Origin: a virus
Taxonomy: Duplodnaviria; Caudoviricetes
Direction: 5' to 3' (one strand)
Length of the DNA: 64,000 bases
Virus record (IMG/VR): IMGVR_UViG_3300013947_000028
Coordinates: 1 to 64,000 of that record
Shown piece after piece: positions 10,653 through 21,103 of this stretch. The first letter of the stretch is position 1. Every line of letters starts with the position of its first letter. The notes under the pieces were generated by a model. That model was given only the letters and a program-made list of their open reading frames with translations. It was not told the origin of the DNA and made no database searches. The translations under genes and the position numbers were made by a program.

Positions 10653-12679
10653 TATGTAGGTAACTCTCCATTAGGTAACCTAGACATATCAGCATCAAGT
10701 TTACATTTAGTACAAAATATTTTTCCTGCATTTATCATACAGTTATACATTTCTGTGGCTACTTTTTCTGCAATATCTTCAGGAGCTTCACAATTAATTT
10801 CATCATAAGGAGTAATACAAATCTTTACTTTATTAATTAAATTATTTTTAACAATCCAGTACCAAAAGTTTATTAAACTAAATCTAAGGCACATTGAACC
10901 AGTTGCTTGTATCGGATAATTAATTGATTGTTTTTCAGTAGCAGATTTCCTTTTAAAAAAATATCTTACTTGTTGTACAGTATCACAAGTAGGGCATTCT
11001 GTTTTCATTTCTCGATAATAATCCCAAAATTCTGGATTGAATCTGCTTTTAATTTTCATTAAATCCTCATAATCATAAATGTAAGCTTTATGGCCAGTTA
11101 AAGGATTTAGTAAGATATATCCTTTATCTAACCAGTCTTTTCTTCTAAATTTTTGATAAGCTTGTAATCCTTTAAAGCCATTCATATAAGAGTCATAAAT
11201 CTTTTGTGCCTCTTCTATAGGAATTCCTTTATTATTACTAATAGTATTAGCATCTCCTCCATAATTAATTGCGAACTCAATACCCTTAGCTTCCTGTCTA
11301 AGATTATGATATTTACTTTTAATATCTTTTATTGGAGTATCTCTAGGGATCTCATGGTAACTCATGTAAGCTGTTAAGGAGTGAATATCTCCTGAACCTT
11401 CTGTAAGTTCTTTAATAATAGCTTTATCATTAGCTATAGAAGCCATAAGATAAGTTTCTTGACCCGAATAATCTATACTAATCCATTTATTACCTTTTTC
11501 AGCAGTAAAACACGCTCTAGTTTCAGCATCTGCAGGAAGATTTAATAAATTTACATATTCAACATGTGCAAATTTGTCTTTTCCTCCAGAAGTAATTCTA
11601 GTCGTATCTGCTCCCATTTGATTATAATTAGTATGTATCCTATAACTTACTGGATTAATTTGTTCTATAAAATTTTGACCATAAGTAGAGGTAACTTTAA
11701 TCAACTCTTTATACTTTAAATATAGGGGAATAATAGGTGACTTATCTCTTTGAGGCTTAAGTACTTTAGCATCTAAGCTATCCTTCATCTTTTTTGTAGC
11801 TTTATCTAAAGTTTTAGTATCAATTCCTAAATCTTTAAATAAAGGTATTACTTGTTGCTGACTATTCCAATTTACTTTAACTTTAGGTGTTAAGTCAAAG
11901 CCTTCAAATAAATCACCATCCCTATTAATATAAGTATATTTTGATAGAATAGGATTATTAATTACCCAATCATTTAAAGCTTTTAAAGCCTGATTAAGAG
12001 CTGCCTCATCTTTTTTCATTTTAGCTTTCCATTTATCAATGTCAAGCCTAACTCCACAATATTCTATATATGCCAATACTAAAACAAACCTATTTTCTAT
12101 ATTTAAGGCAGTTAATAAATCCTTTTCTTTAAGTTTAACAAGTTGCTTATCTTTAATATGTTCAAGATATTTTACATCAGTAGCAGCATATACTATAATA
12201 TCATCTGAGATATATTTAGCTCCTATAATTTTACCTCTTACTGATTTATCCAACTCTATATTGCAATAATCATAACCTGCTGTTTTTAAACTAAGACTAT
12301 GTATTCCAGGAGGATACCCTAACCACATTAATTTTTCTGCTAGGTACCCATCATAAACTTTAGTGGGATAAATATTATGATGATAAAGAAATTTTAAATC
12401 AAATTTAGCATTCCAGAATAAGAATAATCTATTCTTAGATTCTAAATAATCTTTATAGTAGACAACATCTATAGTAGTACAATCAATAACAATCTGCTCA
12501 TTATAATTACCTAATTGTAATAAAAGAAGCTTCTTTGTATATACATCTAGACCTTCAGTTTCAGTATCTACTCCTATTACAGTGAGGTTTTTTAAAATAT
12601 TTAAACTTTCCTGTACTGTAATAATTTTATAATTATTACTTTCAATTAAAGATCTATTTTTAGTAACATAGTAAATCAT
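10640..12679 (-). CDS. polA: DNA polymerase family A with 3'-5' exonuclease
   Basis: Exonuclease motifs DTET, NAKFD and YAATD; motif A DYSGQE; motif B RQEAKGIEFAINYG; NYPIQ; motif C PYDE. Confidence 0.93.
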   Translation of the reverse strand: MIYYVTKNRSLIESNNYKIITVQESLNILKNLTVIGVDTETEGLDVYTKKLLLLQLGNYNEQIVIDCTTIDVVYYKDYLESKNRLFLFWNAKFDLKFLYHHNIYPTKVYDGYLAEKLMWLGYPPGIHSLSLKTAGYDYCNIELDKSVRGKIIGAKYISDDIIVYAATDVKYLEHIKDKQLVKLKEKDLLTALNIENRFVLVLAYIEYCGVRLDIDKWKAKMKKDEAALNQALKALNDWVINNPILSKYTYINRDGDLFEGFDLTPKVKVNWNSQQQVIPLFKDLGIDTKTLDKATKKMKDSLDAKVLKPQRDKSPIIPLYLKYKELIKVTSTYGQNFIEQINPVSYRIHTNYNQMGADTTRITSGGKDKFAHVEYVNLLNLPADAETRACFTAEKGNKWISIDYSGQETYLMASIANDKAIIKELTEGSGDIHSLTAYMSYHEIPRDTPIKDIKSKYHNLRQEAKGIEFAINYGGDANTISNNKGIPIEEAQKIYDSYMNGFKGLQAYQKFRRKDWLDKGYILLNPLTGHKAYIYDYEDLMKIKSRFNPEFWDYYREMKTECPTCDTVQQVRYFFKRKSATEKQSINYPIQATGSMCLRFSLINFWYWIVKNNLINKVKICITPYDEINCEAPEDIAEKVATEMYNCMINAGKIFCTKCKLDADMSRLPNGELPTYWIH

Positions 12680-13167
12680 TTTCTCTTTTTGGGATAAGCT
12701 ATCATATTATAATAATCCAAAATATATCCATAATCTCTAAAGAAATCAGTACCCAAAAGCCCATGTAAAGTAACTCCTGTATTTTCCTTTAAAGTTTTAA
12801 ATGGCTTACTCATATCCGTTACTTGTGTTTCTGTCTCAAATTTTAAGTCTTTATAATAAAGAACAAGGTGACTATAAGTTGCTTGTATTGTATCTCCTGC
12901 AGCTCCTGTAATAATACTACCTCCTTCTGTAGGAGTATGTATAATATTACAGTTACTGTCTATAATATTGCCCATAGTACCAGTATCAAGTAGAAAATTA
13001 TACTTTTTATTTCCTTGATAAAATGTTACTATAGGAAGATTAGCTAAATCAATACTAGCTTGAAAAGACATAGAATACTTTTTAGTCTTACATTCTTTAT
13101 AGATTGAATAAGCATAAAGGATTACTCCTATAAGAATAGTAGAAACACAAATATAATTTATTATCAT
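12676..13167 (-). CDS. Membrane-anchored retropepsin-like aspartyl protease
   Basis: N-terminal hydrophobic segment; FLLDTG catalytic motif; GLLGTDFF C-terminal motif. Confidence 0.75.
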   Translation of the reverse strand: MIINYICVSTILIGVILYAYSIYKECKTKKYSMSFQASIDLANLPIVTFYQGNKKYNFLLDTGTMGNIIDSNCNIIHTPTEGGSIITGAAGDTIQATYSHLVLYYKDLKFETETQVTDMSKPFKTLKENTGVTLHGLLGTDFFRDYGYILDYYNMIAYPKKRK

Positions 13168-13178
13168 ATAGTTTTAAT

Positions 13179-13210
13179 AAAAGAAAGGGAAAGATTTACT
13201 TTCCCTTTCT
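13179..13210 (-). terminator. Intrinsic terminator-like hairpin
   Basis: AGAAAGGGAAAG/CTTTCCCTTTCT perfect 12-bp stem after dut. Confidence 0.65.
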
Positions 13211-13227
13211 ATAATTTAAAATGTTAA

Positions 13228-13767
13228 TTAATCTCCTGTACTTCCAATACCACCTCTGTTAGTATCATCAAGATTTTCAACTTGTACTAGTTTTATTTTA
13301 TTACTGAACAACCACTTAATCTTTTGCCAAACAGTAGCTTTCTGACTAAGTTGAATCCTAAATTGAGCTACTCTAGTACCTGCTTTAATATTAGTACTTC
13401 TCAAAGTAAATACAGGTAGTCTCCACTCATCTTCATTACCACTATAACTATTGTCAATAACAGCCATAGCATTAGCTTGTACGATACCCCATTTTTTAGG
13501 AGTACTACTTCTAACTACCATAATTGCTTCATATCCTTTAGGAAGTTTCATAGCTACTCCCAAAGGTAATAAAGTAACAGGAAGCTCTACATTTCTTACT
13601 CTTGAAATAACACCATGTTCATTCTTCACTTCTTTAAGAGTACCGCTCTGAGGAGCAGGTAAACTAATATCTTTAGCTAAAGATAAATCAATCCAATCTC
13701 CTTTTTCAATAATCTTAGGTAATGTACAATAAGTGTTGTTACCTACTAACTTTACTTTAATTTCCAT
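13228..13767 (-). CDS. dut: Trimeric dUTPase
   Basis: DWIDL, RSS, VIDNSYSG, RVAQF and RGGIGSTG motifs. Confidence 0.92.
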   Translation of the reverse strand: MEIKVKLVGNNTYCTLPKIIEKGDWIDLSLAKDISLPAPQSGTLKEVKNEHGVISRVRNVELPVTLLPLGVAMKLPKGYEAIMVVRSSTPKKWGIVQANAMAVIDNSYSGNEDEWRLPVFTLRSTNIKAGTRVAQFRIQLSQKATVWQKIKWLFSNKIKLVQVENLDDTNRGGIGSTGD

Positions 13768-14115
13768 TATTTAAATTTTAATATTGTGTTGAACTTCTAA
13801 AATTGATACTTAACTCTTGGTCTTCTGCTATCATATAATAGCATTCATTTTCATCATAATGTTGATGAAACCAATCTTCTATTGAAATATTAGTTTCTTT
13901 AAAATCAATTATATCAACACTACAATCTTCATAGTTTAATACAACAATCTTAGTCATTTGTAAATCCTTTAATTGATGTTTTATTAGTATTTTTTTCTTC
14001 TCCTAATCCCTCTCTAACTTTGACATTAGTTGTATATCTAATATCTTGATAGATGGGTTTATTAAAAAGATAATGAGTTATATTACATATTGCTTTTCCT
14101 TTTTCAAGGTACTCT

Positions 14116-14661
14116 TTACTTTCCCTTTTGTAAATCATAAAGTATTACTGTGTTATTATTAATAGACTTCTTCACATCAATAACTCTTTGATTTGAACTA
14201 CCTCTCCAATAAAGATTTAAATCTTTTCGTTCTTCTATAAATTTACCATCAATAAGTACATCTATATAATCAAGAACTTCAGGTTCATTTTTTAGTATAT
14301 CTTCATAAAGATATCCAGTCCATAACCATACTGGTTTACCTGATGCTTTACAGATCTTTAATAGCCTATTTAAATTAGCTACATTGTCAGCTTTAAGACT
14401 ATCAGAAATATGTAAATCATCATTCATTATCCAATATAAAGGATCTCCTCCTAATATAGAGATTCCATCAATTCTTGGATTACTTACACATTCAATAATC
14501 TTATCTACAACATCTTTAAATCTAACTCCTTCATTTGGATTCCAAGTCTGAGGAGACCAACATCCTTTACAATGGTTATTACATCCTGCTAACCAGATAC
14601 TGCATCTAATTCCAGGACCGTTAACAACATCATACTGTTGATATTTTAGAATTTTCAGCAT
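14116..14661 (-). CDS. nrdG: Anaerobic RNR activating enzyme (radical SAM)
   Basis: NGPGIR, CNNHCKGC, ILGGDP, DVLIDG and RGSSNQR motifs. Confidence 0.95.
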   Translation of the reverse strand: MLKILKYQQYDVVNGPGIRCSIWLAGCNNHCKGCWSPQTWNPNEGVRFKDVVDKIIECVSNPRIDGISILGGDPLYWIMNDDLHISDSLKADNVANLNRLLKICKASGKPVWLWTGYLYEDILKNEPEVLDYIDVLIDGKFIEERKDLNLYWRGSSNQRVIDVKKSINNNTVILYDLQKGK

Positions 14662-14662
14662 A

Positions 14663-17600
14663 TTAAAAATGTTTTACACGATTGTTTATATCTGCTATTC
14701 TACCTTTTGAAATACCATTAGAAATAACCCCTAAATCTTTTATACCCAAGCTTTCGCTCTATTTTTAAAATAATTTTGAATATCTTTTTTTTGTTCATTA
14801 GACAGTGACTCAATATATTTAAAAACCTTTTCTGTATTATTTATTGATAATTCAGGGACAAAGAATTGTTCCATTAAATAGCGCATATAAGCAGCTTCTT
14901 CAATAGTATTAAAACCTTTTGAATAATAACGTTTATTATTATATCTAAATTCTACATGATATGTATTAGATTTTTTATCAAAAAAGACACCTTTAATACC
15001 AATTGTATTATTAGTTCTCATACCAGTATTAATTCTATTATCGGAAGCAGTTAAAGCTCTTAAATTACATTTTCTATTATCTAATGTGTTTCTATTAATA
15101 TGATCTATTTCAGTATTGGGATTCCCTAAAATTAATCTATGAAAATAGATAGTATGACCTGTACATAAATAAGGAGAATCTTTTTTTCTTTTATAAATAG
15201 TTCTCCATTTAACATTACCTAATTTAGGTACATCTTCTACATCTAATATAAATGTATTTAATACATTGCCTTGTTGGTCATAGGTGTCTATTTCAGCAAT
15301 ATTATTTTTAATTCTTATTTCATTTTTATCCCAAACTGTTCTTGGATTATTATCCAGTACTTTACCATATTTTTGTAATTGAACGTAGTGCTTTTTACAT
15401 AAACCTTGTGTAACTTTTTTACAAGGTTTACCACACACTTTACAAAATTTTATATCCATGTTTTAAATTATTTAAGGAATTGACTATACCTTTATCCTCT
15501 TTTCAGTAGGACACCTCTTGATAGTCGATGAGAGCTTTTATTTATTTATTTAATAAATAACTATCTCTGCTGATTATCCATTGTTACATCTTTAAGATTT
15601 TTACACTAAGGTACTTAAAGCTTTAGGAACTCCCAGCATATTCAAGGTTTGCTTTATATATTACTATATAAAGGGGCATTTATGTTTACCCACATAAGCG
15701 AAGTGTATAATATAGTTTCTTTTGATTAGTTTCACCACAATTAGGACAAGTCATTTTACCATTCTCATCTAATTGTAATTCACCCTCATATCCACAACTA
15801 TAACATACACCACAAGAAGTAGTATTTAGCTCACAGTACATCATATTATCATAAATACATTTCATGATATTTAGTACTGCTTCAGGATTTTTACGTATAT
15901 CTGGCATTTCGCAATAACTTATACACAATTTTTACTTTTTAATTTATTAACTACATACTCTTTTATAGATAAAAACTGAGATTTTTTAATTTTATTTTTA
16001 ATAATTTTTTCTTTTTTCTTTTGTTCAGAAGTATTTTGAAACTCTTTAAATAATATTTTCTCAGCAATATATCTAGCACATACAGCTTCTTCTATTGTAT
16101 ACCATCTACATAAATGTATTCTACTTTTACCAAATCGAATTTCTGCTGCCCATTGATTTCTTGATTTATCTAAATATACACCAATGTAATTAGAAGTATT
16201 ATTAGACATAAATGTCTTATTGCAAACATTTTCAAATTGTTTACAAATACGTAGATTAGACCTACAATTATTTAAAGGATTACTATCAATATGGTCAACA
16301 ACCTCATCATCTTTCGGATTTAATAATATTCTGTGAAGCCATGTTGTTGGATTTGTTTTTGTACAATTTCCTGTAACAATGTATCCTTTTGAACTTAGTC
16401 TCCATTTTTTATATTTAATTAAATCTATATCAGATTTATCTATTATAAATTCTGTAACCTTTTCATTTCTTTGATTATATACATTAAATATTGCAATATC
16501 ATTTTTAATAATATAATCATTAAAATCATTAGTTGTTCTAGGATTATTGTCTAGAGGTTTACCATATTTATGTATTTGATGCATATGTTTAGAGCATACA
16601 TCTTTATATCCTTTTAAAGTATATACTTTTGTATTTTCTCTATTACATATACTGCATGTGCCTATTTTTATTGTATGTGACATAAATTAAAATTAAAATT
16701 AGACTATATCTTCTTAGTAGCGGAATCCGCCTTTTAAGCTGTGCGCTTGGAATAGGTAATCACTTCCTATCCTACAGGGTTACACTCATCACCCTTAGTC
16801 GTTACACCTTCAAGAATTAAAAAATTCAAGCTTGGCACGGTATTATCAAAAAGACTTCACCGTTAGCTATTTATAAAAATAACACCCTTGATTAAAAGTT
16901 CACACAGTTTTAGGAAGCTGTATTACCAACCTCCTGATGAATATTCTTGAAAGGGAGCTTCAAATTCTATCTTTGAATACCCATCAATCTTATATTCTAC
17001 AGGTATATGATAACTATTAGTTATATAATCTCTATCATTAACATGTTTTTCTATAGGAAATTGTTTTAAAGCATTAGCAAATTTAGTAGTAGTATTTTCA
17101 GCAGGGGTACCATATAAAGATAATGCTAAATGATACTTTTCTTTATTTAAATTAGTTCTATCATACATATGTTTTAATATATCAAGACCTAATTGTTGTC
17201 CTTCTTTAGTGCCGTACTCTTTACCAAAATGATAAACACATTCTGCAATACCCATATAACCTATAGATGCAGAACAATAGCCATCTTTGATAACTTCTTT
17301 AATCTTAGTACCAAGGGGAACTCTACTAAATCCACCATAACACCAAAGCAAAGGAGCTACATCAACTTTAGTTTCTCCTATAGTTTGATACACTTTATTT
17401 TGTTCTGAAGAAATTAAATCAATTATATCATCTAGCTTACTTAAAAAGTCATTATAATCTTTTGATTCTAATGCTAGATAAGGTAAATTAATTGACATAA
17501 CTCCAATGTTGAGCCTACCCCAGAATTTATACTTACCATCTTTGTCTTTCCAAGGATGAAGAAAACTTCTGCAACCCCAAATATGTTCACTTAAAGTCGT

Positions 17601-19015
17601 TAATTTTAAGCAGTTCTCTTATGAACTTCTATATGTCACCATATAGTTCAGACTATATCACCTTCCTATATAGGAAGCTCGCCATTTCCATTCACTTGAA
17701 TGTACATAATAGTCGTTAGGCTTTTAATTATAAAAATCTTTTATAATATTTAGCACGGTAAGTTATCTTAATTTTTATTAATTAAGACTTTCTCCGTTTA
17801 AGCGAGTTTTCATAATAAATTACTTTATTATGCCACAGATTTGTTTATGGAGGGAAAGACATTTCCTTCTTTATATTTCTTCATAATTTTAGCTGAAATA
17901 TAATCAGGAACCATTCTTTTGCAAGTGCATTCTGCTGCCAACTTAGTTACATCATAATACTTAGTACCGGGATTAATGTTATCTTCATCTAATGTAAATA
18001 TAATCTTAGGAAATGCAGGATTAATGTTATTACCATTAGGTCCTTCCATTCCCTTAATTCTCTGCCTGAAAAGTTCTTTAATTAAAGCTACATTTTCTTC
18101 AAGATATTCTTCATCTTCATGAATATAACAAAAGATAGTAATAAAAGGACTTTGACCATTACTTGAGTGCATACTATTAAGTTGATAAAGAAGTGTTTGA
18201 ATACTATCCTTTATCTCTTTATCCAGCATCTCATTTATCATTCTTTCCTTATCTTCCTTTGATATATAAGGAAAAGAACTAAGATATGTTTTATAATGGT
18301 TTTTACTAATCCTTACAAATGGTGCTAAATGAGATGTTGTAATACTTATACCACCATATTGTAAACTACTTACACCCAATATTATTTGTGTAGCAATAGT
18401 AACTGCTGTTCTTAATGAGTGAGGTTTGTTAATTTTTTTACCATTAAGTACTGTACCATTTTGTAGCATATCCCCTAATGAAAGTAAACAACAATTACTT
18501 TCACCTTTCATTAATCTGTAATCAAGGTCATGTACATGAATTGCTCCTTTATTATGTAATTCAAGTAAATAAGGGGACATTACAGTTTCCTTATATATCT
18601 TCTTACAAGTTTCTCCTGCAATAAGATCTCTCATTACATTAAATTGAGTGGCATCCTTGTTACCATTTTCATGAGATATTTCATTAGGTATCCCTGTAGC
18701 TAATTCTACAATAGTATCATAATACTTACCATTAGTATTAGTATCTCTAATTTTAGTACGTTTAATTCTATATCGTTGATAAGAATTAGCAATAGATTGA
18801 TTAATTTGAGATAAAGACTTGATAACTAAATCTTGAATTTCCTCAACTGAAATTTTTTCTTTATCAAGAGATTGTATAGCATTACTAATAGATTGTATTA
18901 TCTTAGTATTTAATCGTTTATTATTACAATCTAAACATTTGTGGATAGCATTTTCTATTTTATAAGAATTGAAATCCTCTTTTCTACCGTCTCTTTTAAT
19001 TACATATTTAATCAT
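14663..19015 (-). CDS. nrdD: Class III anaerobic ribonucleotide reductase split into 4 exons (19015-17847, 17577-16929, 15925-15688, 14736-14663; 709 aa spliced)
   Basis: ATP cone VIKRDG. Joining the exons restores PSMGCRSFL, TPAE, SGGCISYCE and the glycyl loop RLCGYLG. Total 2130 nt, in frame. Confidence 0.93.
14737..15687 (-). mobile_element. Group I intron 3 in nrdD (glycyl-radical loop), encodes a homing endonuclease
   Basis: Exon ends in U and intron ends in G; IGS GCCC pairs with GGGU; P10 UAAAU/AUUUA; P7 CGACUA / AUAGUC. Confidence 0.9.
14740..15459 (-). CDS. HNH-AP2 homing endonuclease
   Basis: FHRLI..IDHINRNTLDNRKCNLR; C-terminal AP2-like NNTIGIKGV..F.TIEEAA..R; N-terminal CxxC..CxxH. 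Confidence 0.9.
   Translation of the reverse strand: MDIKFCKVCGKPCKKVTQGLCKKHYVQLQKYGKVLDNNPRTVWDKNEIRIKNNIAEIDTYDQQGNVLNTFILDVEDVPKLGNVKWRTIYKRKKDSPYLCTGHTIYFHRLILGNPNTEIDHINRNTLDNRKCNLRALTASDNRINTGMRTNNTIGIKGVFFDKKSNTYHVEFRYNNKRYYSKGFNTIEEAAYMRYLMEQFFVPELSINNTEKVFKYIESLSNEQKKDIQNYFKNRAKAWV
15919..16683 (-). CDS. HNH-AP2 homing endonuclease
   Basis: LHRIL..VVDHIDSNPLNNCRSNLR; NNTSNYIGV..W.AEI AP2 domain. Confidence 0.9.
   Translation of the reverse strand: MSHTIKIGTCSICNRENTKVYTLKGYKDVCSKHMHQIHKYGKPLDNNPRTTNDFNDYIIKNDIAIFNVYNQRNEKVTEFIIDKSDIDLIKYKKWRLSSKGYIVTGNCTKTNPTTWLHRILLNPKDDEVVDHIDSNPLNNCRSNLRICKQFENVCNKTFMSNNTSNYIGVYLDKSRNQWAAEIRFGKSRIHLCRWYTIEEAVCARYIAEKILFKEFQNTSEQKKKEKIIKNKIKKSQFLSIKEYVVNKLKSKNCV
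15926..16928 (-). mobile_element. Group I intron 2 in nrdD, encodes a homing endonuclease
   Basis: P1 AGGAGGU/GCUUCCU; P10 AUACA/UGUAU; P7 ACGACUA / AUAGUC; terminal G at 15926. Confidence 0.9.
17578..17846 (-). mobile_element. Group I intron 1 in nrdD (269 nt, no ORF)
   Basis: P1 CCAU/GUGG; AACGGAGAA, UACCGUGCUAA, AACGACUA and GAUAUAGUCUG core elements; splits the ATG of M-G-C. Confidence 0.9.
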
Positions 19016-19019
19016 TATA

Positions 19020-20063
19020 TTATAATTTATTAATCCATTCTTCTAAATTATTAGGTTTATCAATATTTATTCCTATAGGCACTTTAGGTTGATTTTTCAA
19101 ATAATAATTAAGTTCGTTACCTATATCTTCAGGATCTCTTAACTCTATTTGATTATTTTTACCTAAATAAATAGTTCCTTTTTTAAATGTAAAAGGGCAT
19201 TCCCATACCATAGGAGTAAGGCTATCTTTACATACTACTATATCAAGATAAGGTAATATTGTAAAGTTTTTAAAATAATCGTCTTTTAATATATTACTAA
19301 TTAAAATTCTTGTGTATAATCTATTTTGTATTTGATAATTCCATTCAATAAATGATTTATAAAAATCCCATTCATTTTTATGTGATGTTTTTAAATCAAT
19401 TGGTTGAATTGTTTTATTATCATAATTAATTAGCAGGAGGTCAAACATGCAACGATAATCAATACCATTTAAAGTAGCCTTAAACTTTAATTGATAGTAC
19501 CTCTCTATATTATCAAAGGGATTATCATCAGCAAAATATTCTTTAGTAGCAATACTATTCTTTAATACATTAACTGCATTACAGACATCATTATAAGTAG
19601 AAGTATCAATAATAGTTTTATCCTCTGCTAAATAAAGTAGTTGATAATATTGACGTCCCTTTTCTTTAATAACCTTAGCTCTTGTTTCAGGTTTCCAATT
19701 AAGTTGATATTTAAATATTTCAGTAGCATTAATAATGTCCTCATCTTTTAAATCTAAAAGGCTTTTTGCTTCATCTTTATAAAGATTATAAAGTTTTTTT
19801 ACTATTTGTATAATATTATCAGAAACTGAGGGAAATTCAGCTACAAAGAATCTGTCTTCAAATTCTTGTTGTCCTCCTGTAATAATAGCATCTACACAAC
19901 TACCAAAAGTGAGAGAGGGAGTTGATATTTTATCAAATAAATGAGGAATACCATTAAAGCCTGTTCTCTCATATTTAGCTAATGTACTGTAAGAAAGAGC
20001 TTTATCAGCCCTATATTCTTCTTCTGTAACATTCCAGCTAATATCACTTAATTTCTTTTGCAT
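19020..20063 (-). CDS. PD-(D/E)XK exonuclease (Exo VIII/DUF3799-like)
   Basis: LSYS.L, FGS.VD, D..IDLKT and Y..Q..LY motifs. Confidence 0.75.
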   Translation of the reverse strand: MQKKLSDISWNVTEEEYRADKALSYSTLAKYERTGFNGIPHLFDKISTPSLTFGSCVDAIITGGQQEFEDRFFVAEFPSVSDNIIQIVKKLYNLYKDEAKSLLDLKDEDIINATEIFKYQLNWKPETRAKVIKEKGRQYYQLLYLAEDKTIIDTSTYNDVCNAVNVLKNSIATKEYFADDNPFDNIERYYQLKFKATLNGIDYRCMFDLLLINYDNKTIQPIDLKTSHKNEWDFYKSFIEWNYQIQNRLYTRILISNILKDDYFKNFTILPYLDIVVCKDSLTPMVWECPFTFKKGTIYLGKNNQIELRDPEDIGNELNYYLKNQPKVPIGINIDKPNNLEEWINKL

Positions 20064-20583
20064 ATTCTTTAAATATATCCACTACTTGTTGTAGTTGTTT
20101 CTTTGTATATACTTCAAAATAAATAGAGTGTATTCCCTTTTCAATTAATTGTTGATCAAGATATTTTCTAAAGAGCTTCTTCTTTAAATAAAAAGTATCA
20201 TTTTCAATTCCTTTACATTCTATATAAACATTTAGCTTCTTATATTTAATAAAGAAATCAGGAGTATATTTAATACCTATAACTTTATTCTTTTTAAGAA
20301 GTAGTTTTTTACCTTTTATTGTTGTATCCTCTCCTATAGATAACCTTTTTTCTTGTTGTTTCTTAGTTTCTTGATCATAGAAAGGTATTAGAGGCTCAAA
20401 GGAAGGCCATAATTGAAAAGTTATATACTCATATTGGGGATTAAATCCCAACTGGGATAAATAACTATAACAAGTTTTTTCCAGTTGGGATTTAAATTTA
20501 ATACCATCTACTTCACATGAAGTAGCATTTTTAATCTTCTTGTTCTCCTTTTGCATTAAAGGTATCAATAATTCGTTGTACAA
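20044..20583 (-). CDS. PD-(D/E)XK endonuclease (T7 endonuclease I/DUF1064-like resolvase)
   Basis: DGIKFKSQLE, YTPDF, IECKG and KKKLF motifs. Confidence 0.75.
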   Translation of the reverse strand: MYNELLIPLMQKENKKIKNATSCEVDGIKFKSQLEKTCYSYLSQLGFNPQYEYITFQLWPSFEPLIPFYDQETKKQQEKRLSIGEDTTIKGKKLLLKKNKVIGIKYTPDFFIKYKKLNVYIECKGIENDTFYLKKKLFRKYLDQQLIEKGIHSIYFEVYTKKQLQQVVDIFKEYAKEIK

Positions 20584-21103
20584 TTTTTACTGCATATTCA
20601 GCATCTTTCTTGTTAATAAAGAAACTGTGTCTTTTAGAAGAAATAGCATCTTCTACATTCACTGTAAAAGAAGTTACAATATCCATTTGTTCAGTAGGGA
20701 ATATTCCATAAAACATTTCTTTAGGCTCTTTATTCTTATTCATTTCAAGGCTAAGTACTCTATAAAGAGTAGTCCTCAATGCTTCAGGATAAAGATTATT
20801 TAAAGTAATAAGAAATTCTTTCATTTCATTGTATTCCCAATGCATCCTTTTAGCAATTGCATTAATTGTATAAGTACAGGCCTCTCCTATATTAACACGA
20901 TTAATTAGAGGATTAGTTTTAGGAACATTTACTTTCTTAATATAGCCATATTTAAGAAGTACAGGAATCATTTGTTCAGTCACTGTACAATTAATTGAAC
21001 AGGTAATTGAATTGTTTTCATTTATCTTCTTTTCAATGCTATCAGTAAATTGTTCTCCTATTTTCACTTCTTTGCCAGTTTTTACATTAATGTATTTCTT
21101 CAT
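20531..21103 (-). CDS. Hypothetical protein
   Basis: 190 aa ORF within the operon. Confidence 0.55.
   Translation of the reverse strand: MKKYINVKTGKEVKIGEQFTDSIEKKINENNSITCSINCTVTEQMIPVLLKYGYIKKVNVPKTNPLINRVNIGEACTYTINAIAKRMHWEYNEMKEFLITLNNLYPEALRTTLYRVLSLEMNKNKEPKEMFYGIFPTEQMDIVTSFTVNVEDAISSKRHSFFINKKDAEYAVKIVQRIIDTFNAKGEQED

Noticed and set aside
14663-19015. nrdD and dnaB fragments as pseudogenes
   Set aside because: Group I cores and exact in-frame splice junctions explain the fragmentation
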